From: the human T2T-CHM13v2.0 reference genome, Homo sapiens
Direction: 5' to 3' (one strand)
Assembly: GCF_009914755.1 (NCBI RefSeq)
Contig: NC_060930.1
DNA length: 64,000 bases
Positions 42,601 through 57,425 of this stretch are shown here, in pieces (positions within the stretch are counted from its first letter, which is position 1; each line of letters opens with the position of its first letter). The translations under genes were made by a program, and so were the position numbers. A model generated the notes under the pieces. The model was not told the origin of the DNA, searched no databases, and saw only the letters and a program-made list of their open reading frames with translations.

Positions 42601-43391
42601 AAGTAATTTAGTATATCCATAACCCAAAACAAAACAAAAAGTCCAAATTCTAAATATAATAGAACAAAAATTACCATTGGGTAAATCCTATTCATTTGTA
42701 GAAATTTATCTGAGGGATGACACAGTAAAGAAAAACATATTAAAAAAATTCCTGTCATATTTTTATTCTAACTAAAAAAAATCATGAACTAAACATTTGC
42801 ATAATGCACTAAATTACTATTTTAGACATTAATTTGTACACTTTGCACATATATTTTATAAGCTTCATATTAGGGACTAAAACTTACTGACAAGCACAAA
42901 CAAAAGCAACTTTCTCAAACACACAGCATTTTCTAGAGCCCTGAAATAGTTTTATTTCATGAAAGGAAAGCTTTCAACTACAAAGCTGTGAACCAGCTAA
43001 GGCTAAATTTCAGTTTCATCAGAAGCCCATCCTTTAAATAGCAGATGATGGACTAACTGAGTCTTTTTCTGGATCGCTTTCCTGTGTCTCAGCCTCTCTA
43101 CTCTAGCCATACTCCTTGTATGACGCATACGGTCCAGAGACAACTGGAATACAGAGTCATAATAAAGTCCATTAACCTTTTCGTCCAGCTCTGCATGCCC
43201 AGTAGAGGTACTAGAAAACAAACCAACGAATAACTCTTGGGAGTCCACATGGCCAGCTATCTCCCAACACCAATCCTCTTCATGTAACATTGGCAAAAAC
43301 AGTTCTGGATTAAGGCTTCCAGCGTCTATCCTACAAACCCCACGTAACATGAAAGCTATGTACAATGGAAGAAACTCAAGAAGATGCCTGC

Positions 43392-43483
43392 CTTGTGACA
43401 TCGCAGTTACAATCTGGGAGATCTGCATCCACACAGCCGTCCTCTGCCATCCTCAGGGCACTCAGGTCCTCCGCCACCACCAT
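43392..43483 (-). CDS. SYNE1: Nesprin-1-alpha2 specific first coding exon, MVVAEDLSALRMAEDGCVDADLPDCNCDVT(R)
   Basis: ATG at 43483 (+4 G). Ends in phase 2 at AAG|GCAGGC (GC donor), in frame with the phase-2 exon at 39603. Peptide matches the muscle alpha2 N-terminus as I recall it. Confidence 0.88.
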
Positions 43484-43589
43484 GAAGCTTCCACTTGCAA
43501 AAGTTAGACTCTGCAGAGCAAAAAGCTATATCCTGCGTGGGGATGAAAGTTTCCCCTTGTCTGTGTATAGAAGTATGAAAATGCTCACT

Positions 43590-43880
43590 GTAGACAAATG
43601 TTGGTAGTCTCTGCCCGATAACATGACACTGGGCAGTGACAAGTGGTCATGTTTCTAAATAAAACCTACATTCATTAACATGTGCCAGGCTTGATCTCCT
43701 GGAATGTAGGCCACGAGTGTAAGAAGGGGAAAAAGCTCAGTGTAATCTGTAAGGAGGAGGAAGCTACAGGTCTAAAGAAAGGACAGCAAAAACATCGGCT
43801 GCACACACTCTGCTGTTCTGTAAGGACAGTCAACTTTTCTTGCGGGCAGTTTGTTATGCTGGGAAAGCTATTTAAAGAAA
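43590..43880 (-). promoter_or_regulatory. Candidate muscle promoter/enhancer of nesprin-1-alpha2
   Basis: M-CAT/TEAD ACATTCCA at 43700-43707 (-), two 1-mismatch MEF2-like boxes (43655-43664, 43868-43877) and E-boxes (43640-43645, 43679-43684), all just upstream of the alpha2 exon. Confidence 0.5.
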
Positions 43881-44566
43881 ACAAATCATCCCACTGCAAA
43901 CAAACAAAATGTCCACAAACACAGCAAATGGTAGTAGCAAAAGGAGTAACTTCCTTCTTTTTTGGGTTCAGTATGCCAGCTCGGTAGTGTATGCAAGAGT
44001 TTTAGGGGTTGTTTGCGAAGGTGGGAAAGTACATGCTCTTTATCTTTGAGTAGACTATTTGGGGAGGAAAAATAAGGAAGAAATATTATTCTCCCTTACA
44101 TATGCAAAACTTTTGTCCTTTAAAAATAATCATGTAGATGACAAAAATAACATTTTCATTTTAAGACAATTAAAAAAATAACTATATTCATTTGCTCAGG
44201 GGGTCTTCAGGTAATTCTTTTTCTTTTGTGAATTTCAAGAGTTTCCAAACTTTCTGCACTAAGCAGATGATAATTTAATAATTTATACTTTTAAAGAAAA
44301 TAAGTCCCCAAATTATTAATTCCTATAATTCAATAAAATATGATTAATGCTGGATGCTTTACATCCTTTAGGGGATTAAAAACTACACACAAATAAATAA
44401 TAAATATTAAATAAATAATGAAAATTTGCTAAGTTCTTTCCAAAAAGGACTACATGATGATTTGTAACTAAAATAAAACAAAGCATCTGGTTCTGGTCAT
44501 GTGAGTTGACTGTTTTTAAAACAGAACACTACAGGAAACACATTTTCTTAATAAAAGAAATACATT

Positions 44567-45098
<532 letters not shown>

Positions 45099-46076
45099 AA
45101 GAAAACTGCATTTTATATAAGAAATAAATTCTAGAAAACATAGTACTTAAAGATATTGTACTGTGAATTCTTTTATAAAACAATCATTCTTCTTATATTA
45201 ATGTATTTTTAGTAATCAGAAATGAAAATATTTTAAACTTTGATTAAAGAAATATATTGGTTATGAATCTACCACTATAGGCAACTTTGTTTTTTTCTTG
45301 ATTATGACTAACATTTTAAAAAACCTGAAGTCTTCAAAACATTTTATTGTCATAATTTCCTTAGTTTAATTTCTTTTACCTTATTTAGTTTACCTCATGG
45401 AGTTAAAAAATTTGAAATTTTTTTCATGCTTATTATTGTTAGCATAATATATGTATTCCAATGAACTAAATATGAGACAAGGCAAAGCTCTAAAGATACA
45501 ATTATTCAAAGAGCAAAAATGGCAATGTTCATTGATACAGAAAATCCTAGATAAGTTGTGGTATATTTATACTATGGAATACTCTGCAGGTTTCTAAAAG
45601 AATGAGACTGGCATAGACATTGTTTTATAGTAAACACAGTCCTTTCCCTTGCATTTTCTCATTGGAGATGTGGCAGTTAGTTTCATTAACACTTTGAAAA
45701 TGAGCAACTTGAGGCTCAGAGAAGTTACTCAGTAAGACCTGGGCCACACAGCAGGAACCAGGTGGACTAAACTCAGGCCTCTTGATTAGTTCTGTGCTGT
45801 TTCTGTGCTCATCGCATCAATGCATTCCTGATCCTTACCAGGCACCTTCCGACTCAAACACCCTTAGGTAATACCAGCCGTGAATTCCAAGAATTTCATT
45901 TCCTTTGACCTCCAACGTGGGTAGAACACCCTTTAAACTGAAAGTCCTCCTGAGGGCAGCTGCTAGGAACTTCACAAAGCCTTGCTTGCACTGCATATGT
46001 GTTTTACCTCCACAGCCTTTGAACTCCCTCTGGGATGAGAGCTGACCTCTATTGAACATATTCTATGCTTAGCGGT

Positions 46077-46437
46077 TGATATGGTTTAGCTGTGTCACTA
46101 CCCAAATCTCATCTTGACTTGTAGCTCCCACAATTCCTATGCGTTGTGGAAGGGACCCGATGGGAGATAATTGAATCATGGGGGTGGTTTCCCCCAGACT
46201 GTTCTTGTGGTAGCGAATAAATCTCATGAGATCTGATGATTTTATAAGGGGTTTCCCCTTTTGCCTGGCTTTCATTCTCTCCTGTCTGCCACCATGTAAG
46301 ATGTGCCTTTCGCCTTCCACCATAATTGTGAGGCCTCCCCAGCCATGTGGAACTGTGAGTCCATTAAACCTGTTTTTCTTTATAAATCACCCAGTCTCGA
46401 GTTGTCTTTATCAGCAGCATGAAAATGGACTAATACA
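46077..46437 (+). mobile_element. THE1-family (MaLR) solo LTR
   Basis: Ends TGATATGGTTT...GGACTAATACA, ~360 bp, 5-bp TSD gcggt/gtggt. Confidence 0.92.
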
Positions 46438-47029
46438 GTGGTAAACCACTAATCATTCTTCTGAGCTAGCTACTATTATGCTTCTCATTTTATACATGTG
46501 GTAACCGAGGTGCTGAGAAGATAAGCAAGTTGGTGAAGCAGAATCACGCTATGACTCAGGCAGCTGAAGCCCGAAGCCAATGCTTTGCTTTGTGTATGCT
46601 TTCATTTGTGTGCGTACGTTTTCCACCCTATGGTTTAGATTTGAGAAACTCAGCAAATACTGGAGTGACTGCTATGTGCAAAGAACAAGGTCAGGGGCTG
46701 GGACTACTATGGTGATCAAGGTTAGATACACTTACATTTTAGCAGAGAAAACAGGCTTAAAATGACTGATCACACAAGATTTCACATAGTTCAGGGAAAT
46801 GCTATGAAGGAGAAGCCTACTGAGCCCGTAAGAAGAATCTGATCTAATCTGGAGAGAAGGAAAAACAGGAAGAACCAATGAGGAGCTGGCCAGGCCAGGG
46901 GCAGGCAGGAGAATGCCCAGGAAGAGAGAATAGAAAGGAAGAGGCCCTGCAGTGAGGAACGCTTGTGTACTTGCATTATGACACTTATTTGGTTAGGGAC
47001 CATTTTCTTTCTCATCTTTATATCCCTAG

Positions 47030-47214
47030 AGCAGGCCACCTGTTTTGGTAAACAAAATTTTGTGGGAGCACTGCCATGGTTTTCTATTTACAGATTTTTC
47101 TATGGCTGCTTTCACTCTATAATAACACGCTAATAGCAACAGAGACTATTTGGCCCACAAAACTAAAAATATTTACTATCTGGTCCTCTACAGAAAACAT
47201 TTGCCAACCTCTGC
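47030..47214. mobile_element. MER58-like hAT fossil
   Basis: ...tggcccacaaaactaaaaatatttactatctggtcctctacagaaaacatttgccaacctctg. Confidence 0.75.
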
Positions 47215-47334
47215 CCTATAGCAAGAAGCATAGTACTTCATATATAGTAGGCGTTCAATCATTTTAAAAAATTACTTGTTTTTACTCTACTTCTACAAAA
47301 TGTTGAGGCAATTATAATAAATATAGAGATTAAA

Positions 47335-47650
47335 AACAACCAGTCACAAAAGGCCACATATTATATGACCTATGTATATGAACTATTCAGAACAGGTAAA
47401 CATGTAGAAACAGAAAGTAGATTAGTAGTTTCCTAGGGCTGGGAGAAGTGGGGAAGGAAGAGGAGGGAAGAAAAGAGTGACGGCTAATGGGTAACTGTTT
47501 TTATTTGGGACTGACGAAAGTGTTTTAAAATTGATTGGAGTAATAGATGCATAGCTTTATAAATATACTAAAATCACTGAATTACATGCTTTAGATAGAT
47601 GAGTTATATGGCATGTGGATTATATCCCCAAAAAAGCTGCTATTGAGAAA
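47335..47650 (+). mobile_element. Old L1 3' fragment (L1MB/ME)
   Basis: ccagtcacaaaaggccacatattatatga...gaaacagaaagtagattagtagtttcctaggg. Confidence 0.8.
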
Positions 47651-48079
47651 AACAAAAAGATAAGAGCCAAATAACTAAAGTATGCTTTTGCCTTGGTGAT
47701 GGGGATTTAGGTTTAGCCGAGAGAAAAAGAATTTTCTCTATTAGAAGGTCCAGTTACCCACTTCCCTGCCCCCAAATCATCACAACAGAGTGCGCAAGTT
47801 GAATTTGACCTTCCTAGATGCTAAGATGAGAAATGTTACTAATTCGTTGTCTGTGATAAGAAGCATTGAAGAATTAATACTAAAAAGACAGATTTCCTTT
47901 TAGTCCTGAGCTCTAGAGAAATTGCTATGTGGATTTTCTGCACTGGATTCATTGACAAAACGAGAGCCAGTATTCTTAAAGGCAGTTTTACGGAAATTAG
48001 AGTGATGCGTCACCAATGACAGCTTCTTATGTTGACTTTTAAAAAAAGCCAAGGGCTCAGAGGTACTTTAATTATCTAG

Positions 48080-48313
48080 GCCACTGCTGAACAACAGAAC
48101 TTTCTGAGATGATAAAAATGTTCTGCATTGTACAGGGTCCAATAAGGTAGCCACTAGCCTCATGGGGTTATTGACCACTTAAAATGTGGCCAGTGCAACT
48201 GACCATAATTAAAATTAAGGAGTAATTTAATTTTATTCCATTTCAGTTAATTTAAATATTCTGTAATTTAAATAGCCATCCGTAGCTAGTGACTGCTGTA
48301 TTACATACAGCAG
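48080..48313. mobile_element. MER3-like hAT fossil
   Basis: agaactttctgagatgat...gtagccactagc...aaatgtggccagtgcaactga; atctag on both flanks. Confidence 0.75.
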
Positions 48314-50185
48314 ATCTAGAAAGTATGGAAAGGACACTAGAACATTATTCACTGAGTCCTAAAAGTAACTGAGCAACTTTTGTTGCCCTAAAAAATTGAC
48401 AATGCTTGACAACACAATTTAAAAACTCAATGCAAAGCACATCTATTTTGTACTCAGAGTAATCTAATCTGATGGTGATGTCAAGTTGACTCTAAATTAT
48501 GTGTTCTATTTTTATGTATGTAATAGATTTGTTATCAGTAAATCTTTTTCTTTTCTTTTTTGTTGCTTCTGTGATTGAATATTAAAGACACAGTTCATGT
48601 TTCTATTAGCTGAGATGTTCACCTAAAAATACTATCATCTTCAAAAATAACCTCTCCATTCCCACAAGAGCACCAATACAGGACAGAAATGTCGAAAGGC
48701 ATACACTGGGTTATATTTTGCTTTAGTGCATCAGCGCTGGAAGAGGCAAGAGTGGTGAATGGACTGAATCATAGAAACCTAATACTTCAGCTGGCAGTTC
48801 ACAGTTGAGGATGGGTGTGGGAAACATGCATCCAATCTGTGCACTAACGAAGCACCAATAAACAAGGAAATGCAATGCAGATGTGACAGCCGGGTGTCTT
48901 TCAGGAGAAGCTGCAAGGGTGACTGTGACTCTAACATGGTGTTAAACTCCAGGATGGCTCAATGATCAGTGCCTAATCTAGTCTAATTTGGAAGGAGGCA
49001 ATTAGAAACAGGCAACATATATACAAAAATCTCCTGTGGAATTTTATCTGGGTATTCTGAGGCTTTATGTAAGAGGAAACAAAAATTAGTATTGTATAAG
49101 TGACTATAGTGAGAAGCATGTGTACCTTATAAACATGTAATTGATTCAAGTTTATTAATATGTCTTTTGGCAAAGTAAACAATTAATATCTAGAAAACTC
49201 TCCACTGAACAGCCAGACAAAATATGTTATAAATAAATGTGAATTCAAGGAGACAGCAGCAAACTCATTTGCTGTAATATTGGCTCATAGTTGGGCATAC
49301 ACTAAGTTAGCTGCTTATGACTAGATTACATTAAATCTGATTTAAAATATCTTTGACATAGTGCATCCTTACTCTCCACATCACTGAGTCACTAAAAGTA
49401 GGAAAATAATATTAACTAGTTTAACTGGATTACGTGGAAATGTCAATCAATCTATGAGTCAAATTTGACCAAAAAACTCCCCGGGGGATGTTTACCAAAC
49501 AGGCAGTTTCCCTAAGAAGGATATCTATAGCTTGAAGGACTTCAGTTCCTCCTTCTGAAACAGGATTTTGTTATCATTTTAGTGAGGGAGAAGTGGGACT
49601 GAACACAGCACTGGGATTTTAAAATATACATTTGTTGAAACTCCGAGACCAGTTTAAGCTAAAATATTATTTCCATCTCTTTATAGTGCCTTTTCCAGAG
49701 CTCCTATTTATCTCATTGTTTTACTCCATTCCCATCCTGAACTTCTCAAAGGAGAAGTTCTCCTTCAGTTCTGTCATTTTATCTTGACTCTCACAGTCAC
49801 TGTCACATTGTAAGTCATTTACAAAGAACTGAGAAATTAGATTGTCGAGATCAAAAACAGAACTTATCTTCCATTTAACTGTCTTCTCTCTAACAGGGAA
49901 AAGGAAGTCACAAACTTGAGAGGCAGGAGGGCACAGCACTCCAGGACACACGCTTTGGAGTCTGAGCACAGGCTGTGCCACGCAATGTGTGCGTGATGAT
50001 GGACAAGCCTCAACCTTAGCCCCTGTATCTGTAAAATGGGCATAATGATAAGGCCACCTCAAAGGACATTATGAACAATACACAAAAAGATGCCTATGAA
50101 ACCCGTAGCATGGTCATTGGAATCAGCAAAGTGTTCAATAAATGTTAGCTATATCAGTGCTATGGTTAAACATTTAAAAAGCTGA

Positions 50186-50497
50186 GGCTGGGTGCGGTGG
50201 CTCACACCTGTAACCCCAGCACTTCGGGAGGCCGAGGCGGGTGGCTCACCTGAGGTCAGGAGTTTGAGACTAGCCTGGCAAACACGGTGAAACCCCATCT
50301 CTACTAAAAATACAAAAATTAGCCAGGTGTGGTAGTGTATGCCTGTAGTCCCAGGGATTGGGAGGCTGAGGCAGGAGAATTGCTTGAACCTGGGAGGCAG
50401 AGGTTGCAGAGCTGAGATTGTGCCACTGTACTCCAGCCTGGGCAACAGAGCAAGACTCCATCTCAAATATAAATAAATAAATATAAATAAATAAAAA
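50186..50497 (+). mobile_element. Alu (S-type)
   Basis: Alu consensus. Confidence 0.95.
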
Positions 50498-51661
50498 GTT
50501 GATATACATTTATTCCATTTTGTTTCATTGTCACTAAAAGATAATCTCACTTTCTTGAGTTAGATACTTTTTGATAACTCTCTTATAGAAAAGAAATATA
50601 TCCAATGTTTTCAAAATCAGCATACAGGGTTGTGGTGCCCACATGCGGTTTTGATGAGCACATGGTACGCAGAGGACATTGTTTCACGTCCACTTTTATG
50701 CAGCACGGCTAAGGAAAGAAACCCAGATTTTAAAAGCGTATTGTGGGATGGACCCCAAATGGCACCATTTGTAACATTCCAACTCTCCTAATTGCCATGA
50801 AGAACATTTACTCAAATATTCAAATATTCATTTATGCACTGAAGTATTCATTGAGTCCGTATTTAGGCACTGTTCTTAGTGCTTGTGATATGTAGTGAAT
50901 ACAATGGAGAAAGTTTCCTGACCTCAGGGTGCCTAAGTTCCAACATGAAGCCAAATTCACCTAAAATAAGACATCTCCTTTTTATATTAATAGCATAGAA
51001 CATTTTTATAACATAGTGCATCATTCATATTAGACTTTTATATTGCTAGTAAATACCCTCATATATTTTTCTTTTTGACTTTCATCTCTCTTACCCAACC
51101 CTACCCTTCTGCAACAGAAAGTGAATGTAATATTCTTCTTAGGTATGAGGCAAACACTTATAGTTAGCACTAAAGCTCAACACAAAATTACTATAATGCA
51201 GCAGCTGATTTTTACAACTGAGCAGAGTGGCAATAATCAGATTTATTTCTATACCTTGCTAACTAAAAATATGGCAGAGATTTAGTAATTTTTTTTTTTT
51301 GCTACTGCAGACAAAAACACTCTCCACAAATACTGGTCAGCAGTTTCTTCCTGATAGGAGTTTGAATACCCATGAAGCCCTAAAATAAAGAATTTTCTCT
51401 TGGGAATTAGTTTTGTTTGGATATGACTCTCTCTCTCTTTCTCGCAGCTACATACAAACAACATGAGATTTATAAAGTAAGAGGAGAATTTTCAAGGTAA
51501 CTAAAGTGCCACTTATGAGAGGAGCATGAACAGTTTTGAAAATGGTGAGATAACCCAGGAAGAGAGACTGATTTATTGGATTATCTTTGGCTGATGAAAG
51601 GCAGACTGAAAGGCTTTAAAATACTGCCCACACGTGCCCTATTGACTCAGGTCCTCTTTAC

Positions 51662-51828
51662 CTGGCTGCAATGAGGTCCAGGAGATGCTGCCACCGGTCG
51701 TTGACCTTTCCCAGCTTGTATTCAATCTCAGATGCTTTGCTTTCATGGCTGGCTTTAGCAAGTCGTTCTCCCATTTGTTGGAGCTGTATTTTGTTCTCTT
51801 GAGCAATAGCAATTTCCTCTTGATAATC
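51662..51828 (-). CDS. SYNE1: SYNE1 exon ~130, 167 nt, DYQEEIAIAQ...DLIAA(R)
   Basis: Acceptor ttattacacAG, donor GTAAAG, phase 0-2. Confidence 0.96.
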
Positions 51829-54177
51829 CTGTGTAATAAATAGCAATCACAGAGGTCAGAAAGCATATTCTTAATACATCCAGCCCAGCTCTACTAGAAA
51901 CATGATGATTACTGTTTTCTACTGCTTGGAAGTAGTTTGAGCATAGGGATACCATGTGGATATCAGCCCATGTGCACAAGTATTAGTAGTGCCTATTATT
52001 TTTGGTATGTATGCAGAGTTGGGATTAAATTTTTATATAGAGGTTCTCGAAATAAATAGGATGCTGCTTCCTATTTACTTGAAATACATATTAAAAAACA
52101 ATAAAAGATAGATATAAAAAATAAAACTTAAAAGATTTTAATATTGGAAAATTATAGTTTATTTCTCTCATCACTAACCTGATGTTATACTTAGAATAAA
52201 TTCTCAGACAAATAGTTGCTGAGAGACTTATAAAATGCACACACACATATATATATGCAATTGATATATAGGTATATATATAAATGTGAATGTGTGTGTC
52301 AATTATGTTATTTGTGAGGAATATTTTAAAAGAGTTCCTTCATTTTAAAGAGATAATCCTCTATACAATGTCAATATTTTGCAGTAAATAAATCAATGAT
52401 AAATTAACTTTCAATAATAATAACTATTAACTATAGAGAATCGACAGGCCTCAAACCTTCTTAATTTACTCACTTTCTGTGCTAGCTTCTCTTAGATTGT
52501 TTGAGTTAAAGAGGACAGACTCCATATGGACTATTTGCAAGAGATAAGCACGAAATGGTGTGATTTAAGTGACGATGAAAGGACAATCCCCTCCCCCTGA
52601 CTGCCACTGCTATCCCCAATGACCCTCTTACTCTCTTGCCACAGTGACAGGATCCAGTCTTTAGGATCAACTTTTTTATTTTTGGCTTAAGCTCCTGTTA
52701 CGTAATAAATAGTTTCTCAGCAAAATAATATATGAAGACGGGTATTATATGAGTGTGAACATTTTAACCTTCTCTTGGTCTAAAGTTAGTGTGGTAACAG
52801 AGCTATCCTCCCAAGTCATTTACCTAAGCCAAAGGGCCCCAGGGGAATGGTAGGGACCAACAAAACTTTATTCCATTCCAGGGCTGACTGCTGTCCTCAT
52901 ACCTGCAGCCCCACCCACCCTCCTTTTTATGTTATTTCAACACAATGGGATTCAAAGACCAATACGTTGAATGTATTTATTAACATTATAATATTTCAGC
53001 AAACATTTGAGATGATTTTATTGAGAAGTGTTTCTTTCAAGGGAATTACTTTAAGACTTAAAAAGTATTTATAATAAAATAATCCTCTTGGATTGTCTTT
53101 AAAATCAAACTGTTTTTGAGTGTTAATACCAACAGACACTAATATCTTGGCTTCAATTTTTTTTATGAATGGCCTTTTTCTTTTTCCTTCATCTTATTAG
53201 CACTTTCCAGTTGACAACTGCCTTTTTCTATGTTGCCAAAATTACCAAACCTTGATGTTATTTTCCTTTACAAAAGAGACGCCACAAAGAGGAAAACTCA
53301 AAAGCCCTTTAAAAAAAAACCCATGAGTTATTAATATACGAGGTAGTATAGTTAACATTTTAAATAATATTCCTAACATTGTGCCAAACAATGTAATAAA
53401 ATTATCTATATGAAAAGCTGAAATTTTTCTAAATTTTAAGTTCTGGTTATAGATTGTTCAAGAGATGGTTTTTTTCCCCACACTCTCACAATATACATCC
53501 TAAATTTAGTAAAAAAAAAGCAATGAGAATAGAGACAAACTTAATCAAAATTTATTCTATAGCAAATTTTACTCTACTACCTATAGTGCATGAATCACGC
53601 ACTGACAGCATTCTCTGACACCCAGCAACTTAGCAAAGGGCAACCGTGAGCAGATGCTAAAATGAAATCTGTATCATCTCAGCCAAGAGTTTTAAGTTTT
53701 ACAATATCAAGTAAACAAATGCTTATCCATTTGGATTTATCCAATGGATAAGCAAATTGGATACATAAAGGCTTATCTAATGGCAAATCCATTAGATTTG
53801 TAACATCATTAATAGTACATGTTGGCTTTGGATGTTTTAATTTTCTATGTGTGCATATGGATAGAAATAATTTTTCCTAATAACCATTTATATTTCTTTT
53901 CAGAATAAATGCAGTAAATACTGGCTGAGTGCTTATGAGAAGTTAGGCACTGTTTCAGGTGCAGGGGATATAGCAATAAACAAAATTAGACAAAGCCCAT
54001 GCTCCTGGAAAGCTGACAGATCAGTGGGGTCTCCATTTGGACAATGAATAAGTAAATACAAAAAATACATTGTACATTAGATGGTGATATGTACTAATGA
54101 GAAGCACAAATTAAAATAACATTAAAATCACTGATTGTTCACAAGCACTGTGGAAACAACACTGAAATCACCCAATT

Positions 54178-54480
54178 CTTTTTTTTTTTTTTTTTTTTGA
54201 GACAGAGTGTCACTCTGTCACCCAGGCTGGAGTGCAGTGGCACAATCTCGGCTCACTGCAACCTCCATCTCCTGGGTTCAAGTGATTCTCTTGCCTCGGC
54301 CTCCTGAGTAGCCAGGACTACAGGCATGTGCCACCATGCCTGGCTAATATTTTGTATTTTTAGTAGAGATGGGGTTTCACTGTGTTGGCCAGGCTGGTCT
54401 CAAAATCCTGGCCTCTGGTGATCTGCCTGTCTCACTTCCCAAAGTGCTGGGATTACAGGCGTGAGCCACCGCACCCGGCC
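54178..54480 (-). mobile_element. Alu (S-type)
   Basis: Reverse Alu consensus. Confidence 0.95.
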
Positions 54481-54849
54481 GAAATCATCAAAAATTTTAA
54501 AATGCTAGCAAATTTGATCAGCTTTATATAGACATCAGAAATGTTTTGGATCCAAATGAATATGTAAAATAATTTGATAAGATATACATACCTTTAAAAT
54601 AATATGAAGCCAAAATTATCAGGAAACTCTTAATTCCTATCTGTGGTCTATAAATCATATTTTAGAGAGAAAATGTCAATTCAATTTATCTTAAGAATGT
54701 TTTCTTTCAGTTTCTCTCTAGTGGCTTTACCTTTTTAAAACAAAAAAAAATACACAAAAAACAAAAAAAAAAGGAAAGAAAAATAATACATATAAAGGGT
54801 TCCTACTGAACAGGTAATTAAGACCCCCAAATACTGAACTGAATAGTAG

Positions 54850-55265
<416 letters not shown>

Positions 55266-55419
55266 TGCAAGTTTATTTTATATTAAAAAGATAAAATGTT
55301 TAAAATATACTGCTCCTTTGACAGGAAAGTAATTGTGAGTAAAGCCACCTTCTGTACCTGTGAAAAGTACACATAAGCCTTATGAAGAATGAAAACCTAA
55401 GTAGCCATGCATTCCATAC

Positions 55420-55578
55420 CTTCTTGAGCTTCTCTATCATTTCTTCAATGAGAATGTCTCCATTCTGAGAAACTTTGCTTTCCATTTGAGTCAACCACTC
55501 ACAGAGTTCCTTGTTCTTTTCACTGAAGACTGCCCATTCATTCAATCTTTCACCTATTTGCTGCCGCCTTAAGGAGAG
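55420..55578 (-). CDS. SYNE1: SYNE1 exon ~129, 159 nt, LSLRRQQIGE...IEKLKK
   Basis: Acceptor cttttcAG, donor GTATGG, phase 0-0. Confidence 0.96.
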
Positions 55579-55857
55579 CTGAAAAGTTTAAAATGGGAGA
55601 ATAGGCAAAATGATTATCAGAGAGAAGACCACACTCCAAGGAAAATAGCAAATAAACTAGGACTAAAATGAATGATAGTCATACATCTTTTTAGCCCACT
55701 GTTTCCTGAAGTCTAGGATTTGCTATTATAAAGTGGGAGACATTGAATCCTCTAGTTCTTTCCTGAAGATTCACATACACATTAGCTTATTAAAGGTTCT
55801 GGATAATGCAACTTCACACAATTGGTTCAGGATAGATAGGATACATGACCAGTGAAT

Positions 55858-56045
55858 GTAAAAAAGAAAGAAGAAATGGAAAAGAGTAGGGAAAGAAGAA
55901 AGGAAAGAAGGGAAGTAAAAGGAAAGAGAGATGGTAAAGAAGGGAGGAAAAAAAAGGAAAGAAAGAAAAAAGGAATAGAAAGATGAAAGAAAAGAGTAAA
56001 AATAGGGAAGGAAGAAGAAAAGGAAGAAAAGAAGGGATGGAAGAA
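55858..56045. repeat. GA-rich low-complexity tract
   Basis: Nearly all purines on the + strand. Confidence 0.9.
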
Positions 56046-56184
56046 TGAGCCTCAGGTATCTAGAGAGTGAGGAAGCGGGCAGCATCCAAGCGAAGCGGCC
56101 TGAAATGGAGGCAGGTGCCCCAAGGCTCAGCTCCATACTGACACGTGGACTCCAGGCAAGTTCCTCTACTTCTCTGCAGTTTTC

Positions 56185-57425
<1,241 letters not shown>

